Origin: an uncultured Bacilli bacterium
Lineage (GTDB): Bacteria > Bacillota_I > Bacilli_A > RF39 > UBA660
DNA: 64,000 nt
Direction of reading: 5' to 3'
NCBI GenBank assembly: GCA_944350315.1
Contig: CALVON010000001.1
Coordinates: forward strand, 10,033-74,032
Shown here: positions 60,820-64,000 of the stretch, piece by piece
Layout: every line of letters starts with the position of its first letter
How positions within the stretch are numbered: position 1 is the stretch's first letter
Made by a program: the position numbers and the translations under genes
The notes under the pieces: generated by a model
Told to the model about the DNA's origin: nothing
What the model saw: only the letters and a program-made list of their open reading frames with translations
Database searches by the model: none

Positions 60820-62560
60820 TATTCTCTTTCTCCAATTCTTTATATGCAATTTTTCCTACTAAAGTCTTTGGCAACGTATCACGAAATTCATATTCATAAG
60901 GCCAAGAATATCTAGCTAATTTATCTTCACAATATTTTTTTATTTTTCTCTTAATTGACGTATTTAATTTAACACTATCTTTAAGAACTATATATGCTTT
61001 AACAACTTGCTTTTTATAAGGATGAGGTATTCCGATAACTACACAATTATCAACCTCTTCAACTTCTTTAATAACTGATTCAACATAACTAGGATATATA
61101 TTATATCCAGAAGAAACAATTAATCTTTTAAGTCTTTGTTTAAAGTAAACAAAGCCATCTTCATCCATACATCCAATATCTCCAGTATGAAGCCATATTT
61201 TTCCATCAATATGCTTAACTAAAACTTTTTTAGTTTCTTCCACATCATTTAAATACCCCATCATTACTGTAGGTCCACTTACACATATTTCTCCATCTTC
61301 TAAGTAATCAGCTTTTCTTTTTGTACCTATTTTTACTATCTTAAAATCCATATTAGGAAGAGGTATTCCAATACTATTATCACGATATTCTCTTCTTGGA
61401 TTTAAACAACAGGCAGCTGTACACTCCGTAAGCCCATATCCACATCTTATTTGTGCCTTAGAACCATGTTTTTTTAAGTATTCATCAACTTGCTTTTTAA
61501 ATTCTGGAGTTAATGTATCTCCACCACTAACTACGCAGTTTAAACTAGAAAGTGCTCTTTTCCCTAGCTTAGTTTTCAACAAAGCTTCATATAAAGTAGG
61601 CACTCCTGTAATAAAATTGGGATTATATTTCTTTATTAATCCTCCAAATTTTCTCGGACTAAAATCAGGAACTAAAATCACCTTCATCCCTATATACAAA
61701 GGAGTATGAATTGAAACTCCTAAACCAAAACCATGGAATATTGGCAATACTGCTAAAATAGAATCCCCAGCTTTTGCAGGATCACAAGCTATATGACATT
61801 GCATTGCTAAAGCATTAAAATTCATATTACTTAAAACAATTCCTTTAGGATTACCTGTTGTTCCTCCACTATATAAAATAACCGCCTCATCATTAGTATC
61901 TCTCTTAACCGGTTCTAAATCCTTATAATCAATTCCTAATTTAATTAAATCACTATAAAATATTGCCTTTTCATCTTTAACAATCTTATTCTTTCTACCA
62001 GAAAAAAACCAATACATTGCTCTTTTAAAATTACTCATATCATCAGATATACTACTGACAATTATTCTTTCTACAGATGTTTTACTAATAATATCAACTA
62101 ATTTATCATATACTAAATCAATTGTTAAAATATACTTACTTTTTGATTCATTAAGATAAAACATAATCTCATTACTACTAGATAATGGATGTATCATACT
62201 AGCAGTAGCCCCAATCATATTAATAGCATAAAAAGTAATTATAGCGACAGGAGTATTAGGCATACATATTGTAACCCTATCCCCTTCTTTAATTCCTAAC
62301 TCAATTAAAGCACTTGCGCATTTCTTAACTTTAACTATAAATTCTCTATAAGTTACTTTTTTTCCAAAATATTCATAAGCATAATGATAAGGATACGATT
62401 CAGCAGTTTTATTAACAAATTCAAAAATAGTTAAATCTGGATAGTCAATATTATTATTAGTACCGTAATATTTATACCATGGCTCTCTTTTTGTCACTTT
62501 ATCTAAAAATTCATTAATTAATTTACTTATGATTATTAATGTTGACCTTATCACTAGCAT
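60806..62560 (-). CDS. AMP-dependent synthetase/ligase (long-chain fatty-acid--CoA ligase-like)
   Basis: ILYSGGTTGNPKGIVLSN (AMP motif), GYGLTE, TGDIG, KIAYKEL. The ATG at 62560 has a GGAGG RBS. The ORF-track start at 62599 is a TTG. Confidence 0.85.
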   Translation of the reverse strand: MLVIRSTLIIISKLINEFLDKVTKREPWYKYYGTNNNIDYPDLTIFEFVNKTAESYPYHYAYEYFGKKVTYREFIVKVKKCASALIELGIKEGDRVTICMPNTPVAIITFYAINMIGATASMIHPLSSSNEIMFYLNESKSKYILTIDLVYDKLVDIISKTSVERIIVSSISDDMSNFKRAMYWFFSGRKNKIVKDEKAIFYSDLIKLGIDYKDLEPVKRDTNDEAVILYSGGTTGNPKGIVLSNMNFNALAMQCHIACDPAKAGDSILAVLPIFHGFGLGVSIHTPLYIGMKVILVPDFSPRKFGGLIKKYNPNFITGVPTLYEALLKTKLGKRALSSLNCVVSGGDTLTPEFKKQVDEYLKKHGSKAQIRCGYGLTECTAACCLNPRREYRDNSIGIPLPNMDFKIVKIGTKRKADYLEDGEICVSGPTVMMGYLNDVEETKKVLVKHIDGKIWLHTGDIGCMDEDGFVYFKQRLKRLIVSSGYNIYPSYVESVIKEVEEVDNCVVIGIPHPYKKQVVKAYIVLKDSVKLNTSIKRKIKKYCEDKLARYSWPYEYEFRDTLPKTLVGKIAYKELEKENNDNN

Positions 62561-63374
62561 TATCCTCCAATAACTCTGGATTATTAAGTATATATTCAAG
62601 CATATTTACACATTTAGCAAAATATACTCCATCAGCAATCCTCTCATCTAAAGTAATTCCAAAATCACATACAAATCTTTTCTCTTCTTTTCCTGAAACT
62701 ACTCTAATATCTTCTTTAATCTCACCAATCGTACATAGTATTGAATTAGTTCCAAAATTAGTTAAATTATGATAAATACCATCACAATGAATACTTCCTA
62801 AATTAGATAAAATAATACTACTATGATATATACTATCCTTAGTAAGTGATCTAGGTAACATATCATGACTATCAAGAATTTTAACCATCCACACGATAAA
62901 AGCCATAATAAATTTAGGTAATCTTCCTAACTTGTTAACAAAATCGTCTGTTTTACCAACATTTTTACTTCTAATTTTTTTAACATCTCCACTTATTTTT
63001 TTACTAAGAGTATCTACATTATCGTCTTCTAAAACACGAATAACTTTTAAAAATTCACTTGCTTCATCTGAAAAATCAGTCTTCGCCACAAAAGATAAAG
63101 TTACTTCATTTCTTTGATATTTATTTCCGCCAATAATAAATCTATTAAGATATGGATTATTATATACAATCTTTGCAGCAGCCATCGAAAATAGATGAAA
63201 ATAGGTTATATTTTCATTTATTTTCTTTTTCTTTTCCATATATTTAACTAAATTAGTAACATCAATAGTCTTTGATATATATACCTCAGCTTCACTTCTT
63301 CTAGGTTTCAAATAATATAAAAACCTATCAAATCCACTCATCTTTATCTTCTTACCATCTCTACGATTTTTCAT
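62523..63374 (-). CDS. Stand-alone 2-oxoacid dehydrogenase E2 catalytic-domain-like acyltransferase (active-site His replaced)
   Basis: The C-terminal GITLDERIADGVYFAKCVNML aligns with the E2/CAT-fold motif DHR..DG. Here it reads DERIADG. Confidence 0.5.
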   Translation of the reverse strand: MKNRRDGKKIKMSGFDRFLYYLKPRRSEAEVYISKTIDVTNLVKYMEKKKKINENITYFHLFSMAAAKIVYNNPYLNRFIIGGNKYQRNEVTLSFVAKTDFSDEASEFLKVIRVLEDDNVDTLSKKISGDVKKIRSKNVGKTDDFVNKLGRLPKFIMAFIVWMVKILDSHDMLPRSLTKDSIYHSSIILSNLGSIHCDGIYHNLTNFGTNSILCTIGEIKEDIRVVSGKEEKRFVCDFGITLDERIADGVYFAKCVNMLEYILNNPELLEDNASDKVNINNHK

Positions 63375-63382
63375 ACTAACTC

Positions 63383-64000
63383 CTATTCTAAAACACCAAC
63401 GTAATAATTCTTCTTACCTTTTTTAATTATAACATATTCATCAAACATAAAATCATTATCTGAAATAACATATTCCAAGTCATTAAGCTTATTACCATTA
63501 ATACTAATTGCATTTGAAGTAATAAGTTCCCTAGCCTCCCTTTTACTAGAAGCAACATTCATTGAAATTAATAATGATATAAGATCAATATTTTTACTAA
63601 CATTTATTTTCTTATAACCCTTTAATATTTCTTCTAATTCACTTTCATTTAATTTTTTAAATTCTCCAGTAAATAATACTTCACTCATCATTTCAGCCTT
63701 TTTATATTCTTCTTCACCATGTAAATCTGTAATAATTTCTCTAGCTAAAGCTTTATGCGCTTCTCTTAAATGAGGATTCTCATTATTTTTTCTCTCTAAC
63801 TCTTCAATCTCTTCTTTACTTAAAAAAGTCAACATTTTTAAATACTGAATAATCATACAGTCTTCCAAATTAATTAAATATTGATATAATTCATAAGAAG
63901 ATGTTTTATTTTTATCTAACCAAAGAGCATTTCCTTCTGTCTTTCCAAACTTCACGCCATGACTATCAGTAACAAGCGGCATAACCATTCCATAGATTTC
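63383..64000 (-). CDS. tyrS: Tyrosine--tRNA ligase, C-terminal part (gene continues past the window edge)
   Basis: KFGKTEG (KMSKS-type loop) and a C-terminal S4-like domain. The reading frame is open to position 64000. Confidence 0.85.
   Translation of the reverse strand, partial: EIYGMVMPLVTDSHGVKFGKTEGNALWLDKNKTSSYELYQYLINLEDCMIIQYLKMLTFLSKEEIEELERKNNENPHLREAHKALAREIITDLHGEEEYKKAEMMSEVLFTGEFKKLNESELEEILKGYKKINVSKNIDLISLLISMNVASSKREARELITSNAISINGNKLNDLEYVISDNDFMFDEYVIIKKGKKNYYVGVLE

Overview
Very AT-rich chromosomal segment from a walled, probably spore-forming low-GC Firmicute. The lineage (Bacilli/Erysipelotrichia-like) is a guess from gene content: gpsB-rnpB-rodZ-pgsA, recA, rimM-trmD, sspI, ltaS, lspA, glyQS with a T-box. 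Most genes are on the minus strand. I saw no rRNA, tRNA, CRISPR array or transposase. Two things stand out. (1) 172-15278 (minus) is a tightly packed 11-gene array. A 1,9xx-aa N-terminally anchored, FN3-repeat-rich surface protein and two smaller single-pass proteins are followed by a non-canonical F1-like ATPase. The alpha and beta subunits look catalytically intact. The gamma-like, epsilon-like and fused b/delta-like subunits are divergent. The c-like subunit lacks the membrane carboxylate, there is no a-subunit, and the array adds a 5-TM protein and a 589-aa acidic coiled-coil protein. The closest precedent I know is the Mycoplasma Type 2/3 F1-like ATPases (the gliding motor), which are not described in walled Firmicutes. 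(2) 47982-50050 is a diversity-generating-retroelement style pair. The 3' end of a 600-aa secreted FGE-sulfatase/C-type-lectin-like protein (VR, 48259-48371) is repeated 277 nt downstream as an AAY-codon-rich template (TR, 47982-48094). By hand count, 21 of the 25 differences fall on TR adenines. No reverse transcriptase or Avd gene is present anywhere in the window. Other items: RNase P RNA (missed by the ORF track), an unusually compact Gly T-box leader followed by an unknown acidic ORF before glyQS, phased Spo0A-box-like repeats upstream of an orphan histidine kinase, and an integrase-headed ~10 kb cell-envelope glycosylation/LTA block between pgsA and recA. There are also several degenerate-active-site domains and one candidate small RNA.
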